Source: Camelus ferus
Lineage: Eukaryota
NCBI RefSeq assembly: GCF_009834535.1
Contig: NC_045698.1
Coordinates: 10,232,001 to 10,296,000, forward strand
Length of the DNA: 64,000 nt
Reading direction: 5' to 3'
This document shows, one piece after another, positions 61,891-64,000 of the stretch (positions are counted from its first letter, which is position 1; every line of letters begins with the position of its first letter). A program made the position numbers and the translations under genes. The notes beneath the pieces are model-generated. The model did not search any database and was not told the DNA's origin. It saw only the letters and a program-made list of their open reading frames with translations.

Positions 61891-64000
61891 AAAGAGCAGG
61901 AGTAAACCACAGCTGGTGTCTGTGGGTTTTATATGACAGAGGGGTCAGTTGTGCGCTGGGTTAGTCGGGGAATTAGTGTGAGGTGAAATCGTGGGATACG
62001 AGAACAGCCTGGACTTCAGTCCTGTTCAGTGAAGATGCCTTTAACAAGTTACCCTTTTTCCAAGCCTTCATATGCAAAATGGCAGTCCCCACTCTCCTGC
62101 TTTCGAAAAGGTGGTGTGTTTAGCAGCCTGGCCACACCCCTGGATGTGTCTTTGGATTTTCCTTAGCTACATTCTTTGTGATCTCCCTACCTATGCTGGC
62201 TGGAAAATATTTTGCCTTTCCCTTGGAGCAGAAGAAATGTGGAAAATGTGCTCTTATCTTCCCTTAATTTTTTCCATAAGATAAGCTACTGCTGTAGCCA
62301 TGTGGTTTGGGGATGGATGTGAAATTTGGATCCTTTGAGCAAAGACTTTAGGCACCAAAGAACCCAGGAGGTGGGACAGCAAACAGCCAAGCCCCAGAGG
62401 AGGCTCCTGCCCTGAGTAGCAAGTTCACCCGTGACCGTGGGCTCGACCGCCCTGGCCCCTTCCTGGAGCCTTCCCGACCGTGTTCTAGAGGGAAGGTGCT
62501 GGTCTACGGAGTGTCCTCATGTACGTCCAGCACCCTTCCCTCCAACTCCCGTGCAGGGAGTTCTGTTCTAAATTAGGGAAATACCTTCTGTAGCTAACCT
62601 TGCCCTGGCTTGTTGGGGAACTTACCTCCTCAGATCTGACATGACCAGCAGAGCTGTTAGCACGGGTGCTCAGGGGGCAGCAAGAATGAGACACTTTCTT
62701 TGTAGGAAACGTGTCTGCCTTTAAGTTTCCAGGGTGAGCCACGGGGTACAGCGGCACCCTGAGCGGAGACCTGCTTTTGGCCTCGGCTCAGAGAAAGTCA
62801 GGGCTTGTCTGCTCCCACCTCTCCCCAGCAGAGTTTCACAGCTTCCTTCTTGTCATCTGTGTTTGCACATTGTCCCTAGGATCCTAAGGGGACCTGACCT
62901 TCTTTCCCTTAAACTGAACGTCCTTAAGCCCAATCTGAACTGAGCATGAAAACAAAAAACCTTAAATACCAACACCTTTTGCCCACTTCGCAAACATCTG
63001 CACCCAGTTTCCCTCCTCCTGGTTTTCCTATCATCATCATCATCATGTATTAGGCATTCTGCCAGGCACTAGGGGCCAGGCCCAGACCTCCTGAAGGGGC
63101 GTGGCTCCCTGTCAGAGAGGGCCTGGTGGTTCTTGCTCTGTAAGCTCAGACTCGCAGATTGGTAGAATTCAGCTTGGTGACACAGAAAGAAGAGGACATT
63201 AGAGGCAGGCTTGGGGGACAACAGTTCAGATCATTGGGCAGTACGGCCACCTGGCCTGTGAGGCTGGAGTGATGGCTGGGCCCCGGGGAGCCCCGTGCAG
63301 ACACCCAGCCTCTCCTCTCTACCGACCCCTCTCCTCTGTAGCAGAAGAAATGTGAAAAATGTGCTCTTTTTTCCCCTCAGTTTTCCCGGGGGCGGGCTCT
63401 GAGCTCTCCGCCCTGTACCTGGCCGTGCCCTCCTCTCCCCAGTTCTCTCTGCCTGCAGTCCTCCTGCCCCACTGCCAGCCCTGGCCCTGCAGGTCTGGTC
63501 TCTTTCCCTACCATCTCCAGCTTCTCTCTCTCTTTGCTGCTTTTTCTTCTGGCCCAAAATATTTACACACGCTCCCTTCTCTGAAAGAACAGCTCTCCAT
63601 TGTGCTGTTTCTTGGATACCGGTTGGAGCGTTGTGCCGCTTTACCTGCCTCCCCTGTTGCCGGCTGTGCAGCTTCACGCATCTCTGTGTGATGACTCTGC
63701 AGGCAGCAGGGGCACAGCGACATGCTGAGGCCTGGAGTGGGCGTCCAGCAGTGGGTCATAGTGGGTCTGAACTGGGACCAGCCGCTCACGTAATGCCTCT
63801 CCGCTCGCTCTAGAGCAAAAATCTCTGATCCCATATGTCCACGGATGCGTGTCCACCTCAGTGTGTGTGAGGTAGGCCCCGAGGGGTCGATGACGGAGCT
63901 GGAACCCTGCACACGCCAGCCCGTGTGGGCATTGTGCATCACTGGACCACCGCAGGCTGGCTCTGGGAGGAGTTGCTCCGCCTCAGTCCATCAGGTGGTG

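Noticed and set aside
1..64000. A novel multi-gene or prokaryote-style system (operon, CRISPR array, defence island)
   Set aside because: The window is explained by spliced TRIO exons and mammalian intronic repeats. There is no repeat-spacer array and no long ORF outside TRIO or L1.

Overview
This is mammalian genomic DNA, not microbial. The window lies inside the TRIO gene (Trio Rho guanine-nucleotide exchange factor) on the + strand. Nine internal coding exons (about exons 2-10 in human numbering, 1697 nt, all GT-AG) splice into one open frame encoding the SEC14/CRAL-TRIO domain and the first spectrin repeats (GFRKNDEMKAMDVLPILKEKVAYLSG...HEDFEEVAQ). Exon 1 and the exons after 10 are outside the window. 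The rest is intron containing L1 3' fragments (several with target-site duplications, one 5'-inverted), two tRNA-derived SINEs of the camelid Vic-1 type, and older MIR, L2, MLT1, hAT and Tigger relics. The SINE content suggests a camelid genome (inference). Nearly all ORFs in the supplied track are spurious or are exon run-ons into introns. I found no novel multi-gene system. The best leads are RNA-processing features: exon 9 starts with a perfect 5' splice-site motif and is flanked by complementary UG/CA tracts, inverted L1 pairs bracket groups of exons, and an L1 poly(A) signal sits just after exon 6. Repeat family names and comparisons to human TRIO come from recall of consensus sequences, not database searches. 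Repeat boundaries are approximate.
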